The notes under the pieces: generated by a model
Seen by the model: the letters and a program-made list of their open reading frames with translations, nothing else
Database searches by the model: none
Told to the model about the DNA's origin: nothing
Translations under genes and position numbers: made by a program
Shown here: positions 29,265-40,000 of the stretch, in pieces
Layout of the letters: every line of letters begins with the position of its first letter
Position numbering within the stretch: position 1 is the first letter of the stretch
Assembly (NCBI GenBank): GCA_040882555.1
Contig: JBBEBC010000141.1
Coordinates: forward strand, 1,644-65,643
Direction of reading: 5' to 3'
Source: Bacteroidia bacterium
Lineage (GTDB): Bacteria > Bacteroidota > Bacteroidia > M30B66
Length of the DNA stretch: 64,000 nt

Positions 29265-31343
29265 ATGAAAAGAATTCTTGTACTTCTATTACTATTTAGC
29301 TCGTGGCAGTTACCTGCTCAAATGCTAAATACAATATCCTGGTCTTTTAGTCAGAAGCAGATTAACGACAGTATTTCTGAGGTATATTTTACAGCAACGC
29401 TGGAAGAAGCTTGGCATTTGTATTCTCAAAACACCCCTGATGGCGGACCGTTACCTACTGAGTTCGATTTTGAAAAGGCCCAAGGTTTTAAACTTGAAGG
29501 TAAAGTAAAGGAGCCTAAGGCTAAGGTGGTATTTGAAGAAGTTTTCGGGGTGGATGTCCATTTCTTTGAAGCGAATAAGGTAAAGTTTACTCAGCGTGTC
29601 AAGGTTTTATCTGATAAGCCCGTCAAGGTAATAGGTGTTATCAATGGCATGACATGCAAGGATGAAGTTGGCTGTATTCCTATGGATGAGGTAGCATTTA
29701 GTTTTTCTTTAAAAGGAAGACCTGTTGCTGCTAAAGTTGAAACAAGTGAGCAGAATGTTGTTCCTCAAATTATAGAGCAAGTCTTGGTTGATACCACAGA
29801 AGTAGATGTAACTGAAGTAGTTGAAGTTCCAGCTTCATCTGAGGAAATACTAGTTGCTGCAGAAGGAGATTGTAAAGATTTAATTATTAGTGGGCTTGAA
29901 GCCGACTCGAAAGATGAAGCATCATCTGAAGGATATTGGTTTATTTTCCTGCTGGGTTTCGGTGGCGGATTAGTTGCATTGCTTACACCTTGTGTGTTTC
30001 CAATGATACCATTAACGGTGAGTTTCTTCACCAAGAGTGCTCAGAACAAACGAAAAGGTATGTTCATGGCCATTCTTTACGGATTGTCTATAGCAGGAAT
30101 TTATACCCTTTTAGCAGTGCCATTCATTGTTTTCAAAGTTCCGCCTGATACATTAAATGAAATAGCAACAAGCTCAGCTTTGAACATTGTGTTCTTTGTC
30201 GTTTTTGTTGTCTTTGCCATTTCATTCTTTGGATATTTTGAAATTCAGCTGCCTTCTTCTTTGGCCAATAAGGCCGATAGTGCCTCAAATATGGGTGGGA
30301 TTCTTGGAGTGTTTTTCATGGCTATTACTTTAGCTTTAGTTTCATTTAGTTGCACCGGTCCAATTCTAGGCTCTTTTCTGGCAGGAACGCTTGCCACCAA
30401 CCCTGATCCGTATAACATTCTTTCCGTAATGCTTGGTTTTGGAACAGCATTAGGACTTCCATTCGCGCTGTTTGCCATGTTCCCATCTTGGTTAAACTCA
30501 TTACCAAAGAGCGGTGGCTGGTTAAATTCAGTGAAAGTTGTTTTAGGTTTCCTTGAACTGGGAATGGCTTTAAAATTCCTTTCGAATGCTGACTTAGTTG
30601 AGCAGTGGGGAATTCTTAAAAGAGAAACATTCTTAGTTATTTGGGCTTTGATTGCTTTTGGTTTAACGCTCTATTTACTTGGGTTCATCCGTTTTCCTCA
30701 CGACAGTCCTTTGAAGAAAAGAGGAGCTTTTAGGTTGGGTCTTTCTGGCTTTTTTTTAATAGCTGGAGTTTATTTCACTACGGGTATTTTTGGCTCAAAC
30801 CTCGAGTTGATTTCAGGGTTTCCTCCTCCAATGTTTTACAGTTATGCTGCTGCTTCAGCAAAGAAAGATTTGGCTTCCGCCGAAGGCGATAACCATTGTC
30901 CACAAGGCATTCCTTGTGAACACGATTTCTACGAAGCAATGGAACGTGCAAAAGCCGAAAATAAACCACTGCTTATTGATTTCACTGGTTGGGCATGCGT
31001 TAATTGTCGTAGAATGGAAGAAGGAGTTTGGGTAGATAATGAAGTCAAAAAGCTCATGAGTGAGGAATATGTATTGGTTTCTTTATATGTCGACGAGAAG
31101 AAAGAATTGCCTGAAGATGAGCAATTTACAAGCTGTGTCACAGGTAAGAATATTAAGACAGTGGGTAATAAATGGAGTAATATGCAGGTGGTTAATTTCA
31201 AGACAAATTCTCAACCGCAATACATATTACTATCGCCAGAAGGGAAGCTTTTAGCTGAGCCTGTTGGCTATACGAGCACAGAGAATTATCTAAGCTTTTT
31301 AAAGAGCGGGTTGAGCGCATCTGGGAAAACTGCATCAAAATGA
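29265..31343 (+). CDS. dsbD: thiol:disulfide interchange protein DsbD-like (protein-disulfide reductase)
   Basis: A signal peptide and N-terminal domain, a central multi-TM CcdA-like core, and a C-terminal thioredoxin domain with WACVNCR (CxxC). Confidence 0.8.
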   Translation: MKRILVLLLLFSSWQLPAQMLNTISWSFSQKQINDSISEVYFTATLEEAWHLYSQNTPDGGPLPTEFDFEKAQGFKLEGKVKEPKAKVVFEEVFGVDVHFFEANKVKFTQRVKVLSDKPVKVIGVINGMTCKDEVGCIPMDEVAFSFSLKGRPVAAKVETSEQNVVPQIIEQVLVDTTEVDVTEVVEVPASSEEILVAAEGDCKDLIISGLEADSKDEASSEGYWFIFLLGFGGGLVALLTPCVFPMIPLTVSFFTKSAQNKRKGMFMAILYGLSIAGIYTLLAVPFIVFKVPPDTLNEIATSSALNIVFFVVFVVFAISFFGYFEIQLPSSLANKADSASNMGGILGVFFMAITLALVSFSCTGPILGSFLAGTLATNPDPYNILSVMLGFGTALGLPFALFAMFPSWLNSLPKSGGWLNSVKVVLGFLELGMALKFLSNADLVEQWGILKRETFLVIWALIAFGLTLYLLGFIRFPHDSPLKKRGAFRLGLSGFFLIAGVYFTTGIFGSNLELISGFPPPMFYSYAAASAKKDLASAEGDNHCPQGIPCEHDFYEAMERAKAENKPLLIDFTGWACVNCRRMEEGVWVDNEVKKLMSEEYVLVSLYVDEKKELPEDEQFTSCVTGKNIKTVGNKWSNMQVVNFKTNSQPQYILLSPEGKLLAEPVGYTSTENYLSFLKSGLSASGKTASK

Positions 31344-31570
31344 TTTGTTGTTTGGTGCAGAGTTGTATTGGTAATTTGCTGATGAGTTAATATAGAATTT
31401 GGCTTTTAGCAGATGTGTTTACCAATATTTCTGTTAGGAATATTGGACCATGTTTTAGATTTTTAGCTTGATAAAGAATCCTATAATGGATAGAGAAAAG
31501 CCCTATGTAGCCGATTGCTGGTTGTCTCGAACTAGTCTGGCAACAAACTAATTACTTTGATTTGAGATAA

Positions 31571-31600
31571 GACGTTTATAAACATGTATAAACGTTTAAA
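31571..31600. promoter_or_regulatory. candidate operator: two related 10-bp perfect palindromes, gtttataaac (31574-31583) and taaacgttta (31589-31598)
   Basis: I checked both as exact reverse-complement palindromes in the sequence, about 100 bp upstream of the 31701 CDS. No regulator is encoded nearby. Confidence 0.25.
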
Positions 31601-31700
31601 TTCGGCTACAAGAACTAGCTCATCTCCATCTTACCAATTATTGCTTCAGTATATTTTCACTCATCAAATTTCAAGGCATGATTTTCGTTAAATTTCGAAA

Positions 31701-32801
31701 ATGCTGAGGATTTTACTTTCATGCTTCTTCCTAATACTTGCTATACAAGCGGAGTCACAAAAAAGCATACGATATTTTATTCCGGCCGATTTTCATGCTG
31801 GAGCTTCTTTGGCAAACATGGAAGGCTCTCAAATGGCTAATGTGAGTAACAACCCCGGCTTGACTCTTTCAGCTTTTACTGGATTTATGGCCAGATACAA
31901 GGACCGTTTCGGAATGGCATTAGAAGGGGGATTCACTATAAATGGATATCAATATTCAAGCTCATTTAATTTAGGTGGTTTAAATGTGCAAAATTCAGAA
32001 TACAACATTCAGCATTTTGCTTGGAGCACGAAGGCTAGAGCATTCTATCTCATTCCATTGAAAAATAATCGTCATTCAGTTCTGCGTATTGGTATAGGTG
32101 CTGGATATTTGTTTTTAGGGCAAGACCAGGAATTTGGACAATCTGGAGCTATGAGTGTTTTTACAGAAATAGATGGTCCTCCCGTAACTTTTATTGAACC
32201 CGAGATTGGACTAAGCAAATTAATGGGTAAAAGTCAAATTGATTTGGGTATAACTTATCATCATAATTTTGGTGATGCAAGAGCGTTTACTTCCAGAATT
32301 ACCGTCCCTACGGGAACTGCAACAGCATATTCAAGGTTAAATTATCTTGCAGTGGTGCTCCGTTTCCAACCTGAAATTTTAAGAAAAAGAAAGACATCGC
32401 CCGAGAGGGCAAAACCTACCATAATACGTGCAGCACCACAGCTTGCTGAATTGCCTGAAATTAGTCAGAGAAATACACGTGAACGAATTTCAATCGACTT
32501 AAAACACAAAAAAGCCGTCTTAAAGTTCAAGGATAATTCTGAAATTGATGGAGATACAATTTCAGTTTATGTGAACGGTATGCCAGTGCTCATTGACTAT
32601 GGCTTGGTGAAGAAAGAGCATAAAATCCGCATAGAGCTCGAACCAGGTGCCAACTCAATTACTATTGTTGCTAAGAATGAAGGCAAAGTCCCACCTAATA
32701 CAGCAGCATGTCGCATCCGCTCAGGATTAAAAACCTACCAACTAACTACTTCAACCAGCATGCGACAGAATGAGGTAATTAAAATTAATTATGTTGAGTA
32801 G
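31701..32801 (+). CDS. hypothetical secreted protein (beta-rich N-terminal domain plus a ~130-aa C-terminal domain)
   Basis: A signal peptide (LAIQAESQ). The N-terminal ~220 aa are rich in G/Y/F alternation and look like an OM beta-barrel. No recognised motif. Confidence 0.4.
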   Translation: MLRILLSCFFLILAIQAESQKSIRYFIPADFHAGASLANMEGSQMANVSNNPGLTLSAFTGFMARYKDRFGMALEGGFTINGYQYSSSFNLGGLNVQNSEYNIQHFAWSTKARAFYLIPLKNNRHSVLRIGIGAGYLFLGQDQEFGQSGAMSVFTEIDGPPVTFIEPEIGLSKLMGKSQIDLGITYHHNFGDARAFTSRITVPTGTATAYSRLNYLAVVLRFQPEILRKRKTSPERAKPTIIRAAPQLAELPEISQRNTRERISIDLKHKKAVLKFKDNSEIDGDTISVYVNGMPVLIDYGLVKKEHKIRIELEPGANSITIVAKNEGKVPPNTAACRIRSGLKTYQLTTSTSMRQNEVIKINYVE

Positions 32802-32819
32802 TTTGATAATTTTGTATGG

Positions 32820-33155
32820 ATGAGAGATTTCTATTTTATAGTTCTGCTTGTGCTCTTTTGCAGCACTGCAAATGCACAAAAAGTATTCAGTGTTGATTAC
32901 GAAAGCAGGGCGGATGTTAAAGTATTTGTTGTAAAGTATGAGTCGCAGGCTGATTTGCTTGTTTATAAAGTCAAATACGAATCCCAAGCTGGGGATAATG
33001 ATGGCGGCTGGTTTTTTACCCAGTATGAGAGTCAAGCCCAAAAGAAAATATTCTTCGTGGAGTATGAGAGCCGGGCAGATTTAAAAATCTTTTTCGTGGA
33101 ATACGAAAGCAGGGCAGGATGGAAGGACAATGCCAAGAAGCATTTGATGTATTGA
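32820..33155 (+). CDS. small secreted repeat protein (five ~12-aa 'hh(F/V)hVxYES(R/Q)A(D/G)' repeats)
   Basis: The signal peptide MRDFYFIVLLVLFCSTANAQ is followed by KVFSVDYESRAD / VKVFVVKYESQAD / LLVYKVKYESQAG / GWFFTQYESQAQ / KKIFFVEYESRAD / LKIFFVEYESRAG, repeats seen directly in the translation. Confidence 0.6.
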   Translation: MRDFYFIVLLVLFCSTANAQKVFSVDYESRADVKVFVVKYESQADLLVYKVKYESQAGDNDGGWFFTQYESQAQKKIFFVEYESRADLKIFFVEYESRAGWKDNAKKHLMY

Positions 33156-33472
33156 CTAAAGGCTTATTGAATGATAGGGCATTTAACGTATTCCGGATTT
33201 TGCTCAAAGCCGAAATGAAATTACTGTTCCCTTCCCCCGAAGGGGCAACATAAATAATAAAAACAGCTGAGGTGTTTGGATAATTCTTTGATTGTTTTTT
33301 GTGTGTTTATCGTCTTGTTGTAAGGTCCTTTTAAAAGCCAAATCTTAAGTCCAGCGCTACTTTTGGTGAAATTGCAGCACCATTGTTTGAAAATGTATGG
33401 ATTTTTTCAACAACTCGATTCTTGTCTCATAGATTCCATTCATCTTTATCTGTTGCCCTACAGATTCTAATA

Positions 33473-34012
33473 ATGAATGTCCCAATAAACTACGCTGTTG
33501 TTGAACAAAAGATAATTTCAGTTCGTAGCTTTAAGGTAATTCTAGACTTCGATGTGGCTTCGCTATACGGTGTAGAAACCAAACATGTGAATCAAGCTGT
33601 TAGAAACAATCCTGAGAAATTCCTTGAAGATTATGTTCTTACTTTAAATGAAGATGAATGGAATGGTTTGCGGTCAAAAATTTTGACCGCAAACCATTCC
33701 AAGTTGCGCTTCTTACCGAAAGCATTTACTGAAAAAGGCTTATACATGCTAGCGACAATTCTTAAAAGTACAAAGGCCACAGCGACTACTATAGCCATTG
33801 TGGAAACATTCACCAATTTAAGATTGTTATCAGGAGCAATTTCAGAGCTAAGCAATGAGCCGGATGCTAAGAAAAAGAAAAGTCTATTGAATCAAACCGG
33901 CGATTTGATGAACGATTTGTTTGGAGATGAACTTAACACCAAGGATACCGAAACTACCATCGAATTCAATTTTGCTGTGCTTAAATTGAAACATACGATT
34001 AAGCGCAAGTAG
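33473..34012 (+). CDS. ORF6N (KilA-N-like) domain protein
   Basis: The N-terminal IISVRSFKVILDFDVASLYGVETKHVNQAVRNNPEKFLEDYVLTL matches the ORF6N domain consensus (…VMLDSDLAELYGVETK.LNQAVKRN…FP.DFMF.L). The ORF-track start at 33383 adds an unlikely 30-aa extension. Confidence 0.7.
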   Translation: MNVPINYAVVEQKIISVRSFKVILDFDVASLYGVETKHVNQAVRNNPEKFLEDYVLTLNEDEWNGLRSKILTANHSKLRFLPKAFTEKGLYMLATILKSTKATATTIAIVETFTNLRLLSGAISELSNEPDAKKKKSLLNQTGDLMNDLFGDELNTKDTETTIEFNFAVLKLKHTIKRK

Positions 34013-34042
34013 CATCGTTTAGGCCTAAACAAGACGCGAAAC

Positions 34043-34186
34043 GCATTCAGTGTTGATGAGGAAAGTCAAGCTATGAAGAAGTTTCTCTTTTTGAATTATG
34101 AGAGCTAGGTCGACTTAAAAATCTTTTTCTTTGAGTATGATAGCAATGCTGTATAGAAGAATAAGTCTAAGATGCAATTGATGTAA
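34043..34186 (+). pseudogene. decayed 3' fragment of a 'YESxAD'-repeat protein gene
   Basis: Translation: AFSVDEESQAMKKFLFLNYES*VDLKIFFFEYDSNAV*KNKSKMQLM*. It aligns residue-for-residue with the C-terminus of the 32820-33155 protein (FTQYESQAQKKIFFVEYESRADLKIFFVEYESRAGWKDNAKKHLMY) but has two in-frame stops and no 5' half. Confidence 0.6.
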
Positions 34187-34248
34187 TGGCTCGTCTTTTC
34201 TACCTTGCATTTAGAACTGAAATGACTATCTTATCACAAACGAAAAAG

Positions 34249-34590
34249 ATGATGATTAGGGTAATATTGATTTGTATGGTGAGTTTTTTTCTCATTTCAT
34301 CAACTTCGGCACAAAAGGTCTATGTGACTGATTATGAAAGTCATGCCGAATTGAAGGTGTTTGTTTCAAAAACATCCGATAAAGCGGATCTTTTGGTTTA
34401 TAAGGTCGACAGAGCAGATGCTACAGGAGAAAACATCGGGTTGTGGTTTTTTAGTGAAAAAAAGAATGAAGCAGGAAAGAAAATCTACTTTGTAAATTAT
34501 CCCAGCAGAGCTGATTTAGTTATTTTCTTTGTTGATGAGAAAAGCCAAGCAGGCTGGAAGAATGAAGCAAAAAAGTATTTACTATTTTAA
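34249..34590 (+). CDS. small secreted repeat protein, divergent paralog of 32820-33155
   Basis: The signal peptide MMIRVILICMVSFFLISSTSAQ is followed by KVYVTDYESHAE/LKVFVSKTSDKAD/LLVYKVDRADA.../KKIYFVNYPSRAD/LVIFFVDEKSQAGWKNEAKKYLLF. The ORF-track start at 34186 is probably too far upstream. Confidence 0.55.
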   Translation: MMIRVILICMVSFFLISSTSAQKVYVTDYESHAELKVFVSKTSDKADLLVYKVDRADATGENIGLWFFSEKKNEAGKKIYFVNYPSRADLVIFFVDEKSQAGWKNEAKKYLLF

Positions 34591-34593
34591 GGC

Positions 34594-35223
34594 TTACCTC
34601 ATTTTGCCAAGCTCAATGGATAAACCTAATGACATATTAAATATTAACCCGTCAAAGCCCAATTCACTGTGGGCAGATTGCATATCGAACTTGATTTGCT
34701 GATAAACATGGTTAACACGTGTGATGTCGTAGTTCAAGGATAGTCTTTTTGAAAGAAAGAGATTTACTGTTAGTCCATTAATAAAATTCGCCATGCCTTC
34801 AGACTTACCTGATCCGGAAAGCCTTGAATAACCAACGCCTCCATGTAGAAAAAGCCCGAAAAACGTGGTAAATTGATTAAACTGTAAAATCTCGCCTAAA
34901 TCAATAATGCCTTCTGCAGAGACTCTATAATAGGTGGTTTTAAAAGGCAAACTCTTCCCATCTTTTGCATTTTCAATTTTATCATATCCAGCTAAAATTC
35001 TATATCCGAAATTCTTATTCATCAGGATACGGGTTCCTACTTCTGCATGAAAAAGACCAAATGTAGATGAACGATAACCTAAGGTGTAAGGTTCAACCGC
35101 GTTACTTGTCCCAAAACTAGCATCAATCAAATACCTTGTCACGGCTCTACGTTGAGCGAAAAGCTGCATTGAGCTTAGCATTAAAATGAAAACAAATAGT
35201 CTGCGGTGCATTGAATTTAGCAA
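34594..35223 (-). CDS. outer-membrane beta-barrel protein (small porin/OmpW-like family)
   Basis: A signal peptide (MQLFAQ), alternating hydrophobic beta-strand pattern, and a C-terminal aromatic residue region; 209 aa. Confidence 0.5.
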   Translation of the reverse strand: MLNSMHRRLFVFILMLSSMQLFAQRRAVTRYLIDASFGTSNAVEPYTLGYRSSTFGLFHAEVGTRILMNKNFGYRILAGYDKIENAKDGKSLPFKTTYYRVSAEGIIDLGEILQFNQFTTFFGLFLHGGVGYSRLSGSGKSEGMANFINGLTVNLFLSKRLSLNYDITRVNHVYQQIKFDMQSAHSELGFDGLIFNMSLGLSIELGKMR

Positions 35224-35349
35224 TCACTCAAAAGTAGTAAAAATGGCACAATACATCTTTTTCAATTTGTACAGCCTGAAATCCTATTAAAGTATAGAGA
35301 TTTTAAATATAATCTCCTTTTTAAAAGGAATGCAAAAAATAAATGAAAT

Positions 35350-35516
35350 GGCTAAAGGATTATAAAATAAGATTCAATTAAACCTTTTTTCTTTTGAAGA
35401 ATGCGGCTAATCCTCATGCTCAAATAGTGTTATCATAATAATACTTACTGAAACTTTGATGAGTTTAACCGGCTACACCTTTGTAATAACAACCAGTTTG
35501 CAAAGGCTAAAGGATT
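35350..35516. repeat. two copies of the 12-bp direct repeat ggctaaaggatt (35350-35361 and 35505-35516) within a 500-bp AT-rich ORF-free leader
   Basis: Exact 12/12 match seen in the sequence, with 13/14 if the flanks are included. The copies sit about 370 and 210 bp upstream of the 35725 CDS. Confidence 0.3.
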
Positions 35517-35724
35517 GGACTCTTGTGGACTTTAAGAAAATTTAACTTATCACATACCAAGCATATCTGTTTTGCAGTTATTCTAGAAATCAATTCAATA
35601 ATTACTTAATTATCAAGACTATCTGCTTGTGCAGACAGGAATAACTATTCCCTAATTTGAACACTATTTAGCTAAATAATTTGCCGATGTAGAATCTTTC
35701 CATTCACTTTTAATCTCTGTAATC

Positions 35725-37071
35725 ATGAAAAATCGGTTAGTAAATGGAGTTTTAGCAGCTGTCGTTTTATTGGGTAGCGGATGTGATTCCCGCAAGCAAA
35801 TAAGCAAGAGTTTTAATCGGCAAGAAAAGGCAATAGATAAGCCTATAAAGCAAATAGAAACACATATTGATGTGTTAACAATAAACCCAGATTCTGGAGG
35901 AGAATTTCAATTGAAAACTGGAACAGTAGTAAAAATTCCGAAAGATGCTTTTGTTGACACCAAAGGGAATTTGATAAAAGAACCAGTTAAGATTGAAATG
36001 CAAGAGTTTCATTCTGCAGCTGAAATTTTTCTTAGCGGAATAACCATGCATTATGAGCAAAATGGTGAATCTGTTCCTTTTGAAAGTGCCGGAATGTTCA
36101 GAATTGACGGCACCTGCAATGGAAACTCAATTGAAGTCGCAAGTGGAAAGTCAATCGAAGTGGAGCTTGCATCGAAAACAGATGAAAGCGATTACGACTT
36201 TTTTCAATTAGATCCTAAAACCGCTAATTGGGAAAAAATTGGAACGACTGACGCATCCATAAATCAAGATAAAAAAGCATTAGCTGATACAATTGAGCAA
36301 ATCAAAGCTTCCAAGTTTACCTCGAACGTGCCAACATTTGCTAAAGAAGGAGCAGTTGTTCTTGACTTAAATATCGATTACCGAAAATACTCACAGCTTA
36401 AAGATTTCTATGGTCTAGCATGGCAAGTAGAATCAACAGAAAGTGCTGATGAGATAGTGAATTCAAACTGGGAGTATATTGATTTGATTAGTAATGGCGC
36501 TGGAATCAATGATTTTAGCTTGAAATTAATGAGAGGAGAAGAGTCGAAAGAAGTTAAAGTGCAACCAGTTGTAAGCAAAGAAGAGCGAAGAAGGCTGGAA
36601 AAGAAATATGCAATAGCTCTTGAAGAAGAAGAAAAAGCCAGGGCTTTGGCAATGCAAAATGTGCGATTGAGAATGGAGAGCCTAAGCAATTTCCAACGCA
36701 ATCTAAGTGTTAGTGGTTTTGGGGTCTACAATTGCGATCGAGCAATAAAATTCAAAGAGCCTTTGGCGCTAAAGCCTAAGTTCATTTTGAATGGAGAAGA
36801 GCTAAAAACGATTCCATTATATTATGTTATTAGCAATGATAATTCAGCTGTTTCGCAATATTCGAACAGTTTCAAAATAGATCGAACTCGAAACAGCCGC
36901 TTGGTTTTTGTACTTGGAGATGGATACGTAGCCTATGCAACCAATCAACAATTGATGAGTCTTGCAACTCAAACACAAAATGGTAACGAATTGGCTAGGC
37001 TTGACTTATATCAATTTGGCCAACGTATAGAAACACCTGAGGATTTTTCAGAATTGCTAAAAAGAATTTAA
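35725..37071 (+). CDS. hypothetical lipoprotein
   Basis: The lipobox LLGSGC-D; 448 aa with no recognised domain. It is followed after 3 bp by the WG-repeat gene. Confidence 0.5.
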   Translation: MKNRLVNGVLAAVVLLGSGCDSRKQISKSFNRQEKAIDKPIKQIETHIDVLTINPDSGGEFQLKTGTVVKIPKDAFVDTKGNLIKEPVKIEMQEFHSAAEIFLSGITMHYEQNGESVPFESAGMFRIDGTCNGNSIEVASGKSIEVELASKTDESDYDFFQLDPKTANWEKIGTTDASINQDKKALADTIEQIKASKFTSNVPTFAKEGAVVLDLNIDYRKYSQLKDFYGLAWQVESTESADEIVNSNWEYIDLISNGAGINDFSLKLMRGEESKEVKVQPVVSKEERRRLEKKYAIALEEEEKARALAMQNVRLRMESLSNFQRNLSVSGFGVYNCDRAIKFKEPLALKPKFILNGEELKTIPLYYVISNDNSAVSQYSNSFKIDRTRNSRLVFVLGDGYVAYATNQQLMSLATQTQNGNELARLDLYQFGQRIETPEDFSELLKRI

Positions 37072-37074
37072 GCT

Positions 37075-40000
37075 ATGAATGGCTGCTTCCAAGTGCTATT
37101 AAGAGGCCTGACCGTTTTATTTACTTGCCTCAGTGGATTTCTGTTTGCGCAAACACCCGACACGCTTTTACCAATAAATGAGAATGGAAAGTGGGGCTTC
37201 ATCAATACCAAAGGCGTTCAAGTGTTTCCCTGTGAGTTTGAAGCTGCTTTGTATTGGGGCACGGCCAGATACGGCAAAGTGAAAAAAGACGGGCATTGGC
37301 AATTCATCACCCGAAAGGGGCTAAAACCACCTTTACCAATTTCTGGAATTCCTGAAAGCTTTAACGACAGCATTCTAATTATACGCTCAAACGAAGGAAA
37401 ATACCTGATTTCAGAAAAAGGAAAATTAATTTTTCCAGACAAGTTCACCAATATTAATGCATTGGGAGAGGGTTATTTTAGATATTATTCTGGCGATAGT
37501 TGTGGATTAGGTCACATAGCTAAAGGCATTATTACCCCTCCGGTGTATGATGAAATCTCAAATTTCAAAGAGCTTGGCTTTACTATTTTATCGTGCAATA
37601 AATATGGACTTCTAGATTTGAATGGCAGGACAATTTTGCCTCCTATCTACAATTCTATAGGTAGTCAAAATAATGGTCTGCTTCAAGTTTGGGTTGGTGA
37701 AGCTTCAAAAACTGGTATGTATGATTTAGAAAAGAGTGATTGGCTTATTCCAAGCAATTGGGAAGAACTTTCAGATAGTAATTCATGTTTTTTGGTGATG
37801 CAGGATGAGCGCGGTTTCTCGTTATATAACCGAAAAATCAACCAATGGAGTTCTGAAATTTTCACTCAAATTGAGCTGAAAAATGATTTGGCAATTATTC
37901 AGAGTGATACAGGAAAAGGAATTATTGATGCTGATAATAGAGTTGTATTTGACCCTTGCTTTACCAACATTCATTTTGAACAAGGTGTCTATTTAGTTCA
38001 ACAAAATGATAGTTGGAGGCTGTATACTAAAAATGGAAAAGCCCTATCAAAAGACTCCTTTTTAAATATCCAAAGGCTCTCTTCTCCTGCTTGGGTTCTT
38101 GAAAAGGATAATGAATGGATCCTGATGAATTCTTTGGGAAATGTCTTGCTAACGGATATGCATAAGCCCGAAATATTTGGAAACAAGGTGAAGTACTTCG
38201 ACGGAACTACAATGACTTCCTTATCCATCACCGAAAACGGACAAATTGCTTCCAAGCACAGCTTTGATAATGTAGTTCAACTTAAGGTAAATGGCTTTAG
38301 AGATAAATCGCGGGTAATCTCTAGAATGGCGGAAGGCCAGGCTATGTCAGATCCTGAATCGATATGGTTTATGGATGAGAAAAGCAGAAAGTGGGGTCTT
38401 AAAAGAGCCGACGGTAAAATCGTTATTAACCCCGTTTATGATTACATACGTAAAAATCCTAATTACAATTACACCCATGTTTATTTGAAAATTATTGAAA
38501 AAGAGTTCTATTTCTTAAGAAATTACATGACAATTGGCGCAAGAGCTGGACTCGTGGATAATGAAAGTGGGCAATTACTTGTGAAGCCAATTTACCTGGA
38601 TGTTTTTGTCACGGGTAGTGTTAAAAGCCCTCTTTTTTTCGGGATTACTGAACAGGTTAAATTCAAGCAGGTTATTCCCTCGAGAGATATTTATACACCA
38701 ACTTATGCATGGGTTGAGCACTCAAATTCTTACCCAATAAGAGCTCTCTTAAGCAATGGCTTACCAAGGCGGGCTAATGATATTGAGGATAGAATTTTTA
38801 ATCAGCAAGAGTTGTTCAGCAGAATCTTAAATCCCGCATTTGATAGGTACAGCAGCAGCAAGTATTACAGCTGGAGTTGGGGTAAATATGACATTGAACG
38901 ATGGGTTTACTTATATCCGGGAGAGTCATTTCCAACAATTGAGTATTCAAAAGCTGAGAAGTATAAAGATGGTTTGATGATAGCTCAAGAATTCAAAAGC
39001 AAAAAGTATGGCCTGCTTAGCCAGCAGGGATCAGTTGAGCTGCCATTTGTTTATGCCAATATTGAAAGAACCATTGTGGATAATGATACCTTATACAAAG
39101 TGATTAAAGCTGATTCGAATTATAATCTGATTACTCCTGACAATGATATTTTTTCAACCGAAATCGGTAATAATATACTTCGGTATGACGGGGAAAATGT
39201 TTTTATAAAAACGTCCTCTGCTCTTGGCTTTTTTGATGATAAAAGAAATCAAGTATTATTTGGTGATGCCCAGAAAATGGGAGAGTTGAAGGATGGAATT
39301 ATCCCAGTAAGAACTGATTCAAAATGGAAGTATTATACTGAGAATGGAACTCCTTTTCACTCAAAACATTTCCTAAAAGCCTATGATTTCTGCCACGGAA
39401 AAGCTCTCGTGAAAGAACGAGGGAAATGGTATTTCCTGAACACACAAGGCACTTTAAGCGAAGCTCTGCCATGGAAAAACATGAAGCCACTATGCGATGG
39501 AAGGTTTATGGCCTATGATGGAAAACGTTGGTTTTTAACAAATACAGAAGGTATTGCTATTCACGAAGAAGGTTTCGTGAGAATGAAACAATTGAAGGAT
39601 AGTGAATTTGTACTAGTGAAAAAAGGCTCAAAATGGGGTTTGTTAAACATAGAAGGAGAGCAGCTAACAGAAATAAAATATGATCGAATTCAATATTTGG
39701 GAGATGATCTCTTATCTCTTGATAAGGGTAAAAAACTTTACTTGAAACATGCTTCAACCAAAGAGAAGAGAGTGAAAAGGTATACACACATAAGTAAAAC
39801 AAATGATGGGATTTTCGCTCTAAGAAATAAAAAAGGTTGGATAGTCGCGGATACTAGTTTGAAACATATCGGAGACCAGGTTTTTAGATCAGTAAGAACT
39901 ACAAATCAAGGCTACTTTATTGGAAATGATGGGAAAGGAAATTGTCTTGTTGATCCTTCAGGAAACCTTGTTTTTTCAACCCAAGAAAGGCTTATTGGGG

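Noticed and set aside
29265-31343. DsbD-like protein as a novel redox system
   Set aside because: It has the standard three-domain DsbD architecture (N-terminal domain, CcdA-like TM core, C-terminal thioredoxin CxxC).
33156-34042. ORF6N region as an integrated prophage or ICE
   Set aside because: There is no integrase, recombinase, att-like direct repeats or other phage/conjugation genes within several kb. It is treated as a solitary ORF6N gene beside a truncated repeat-gene copy.
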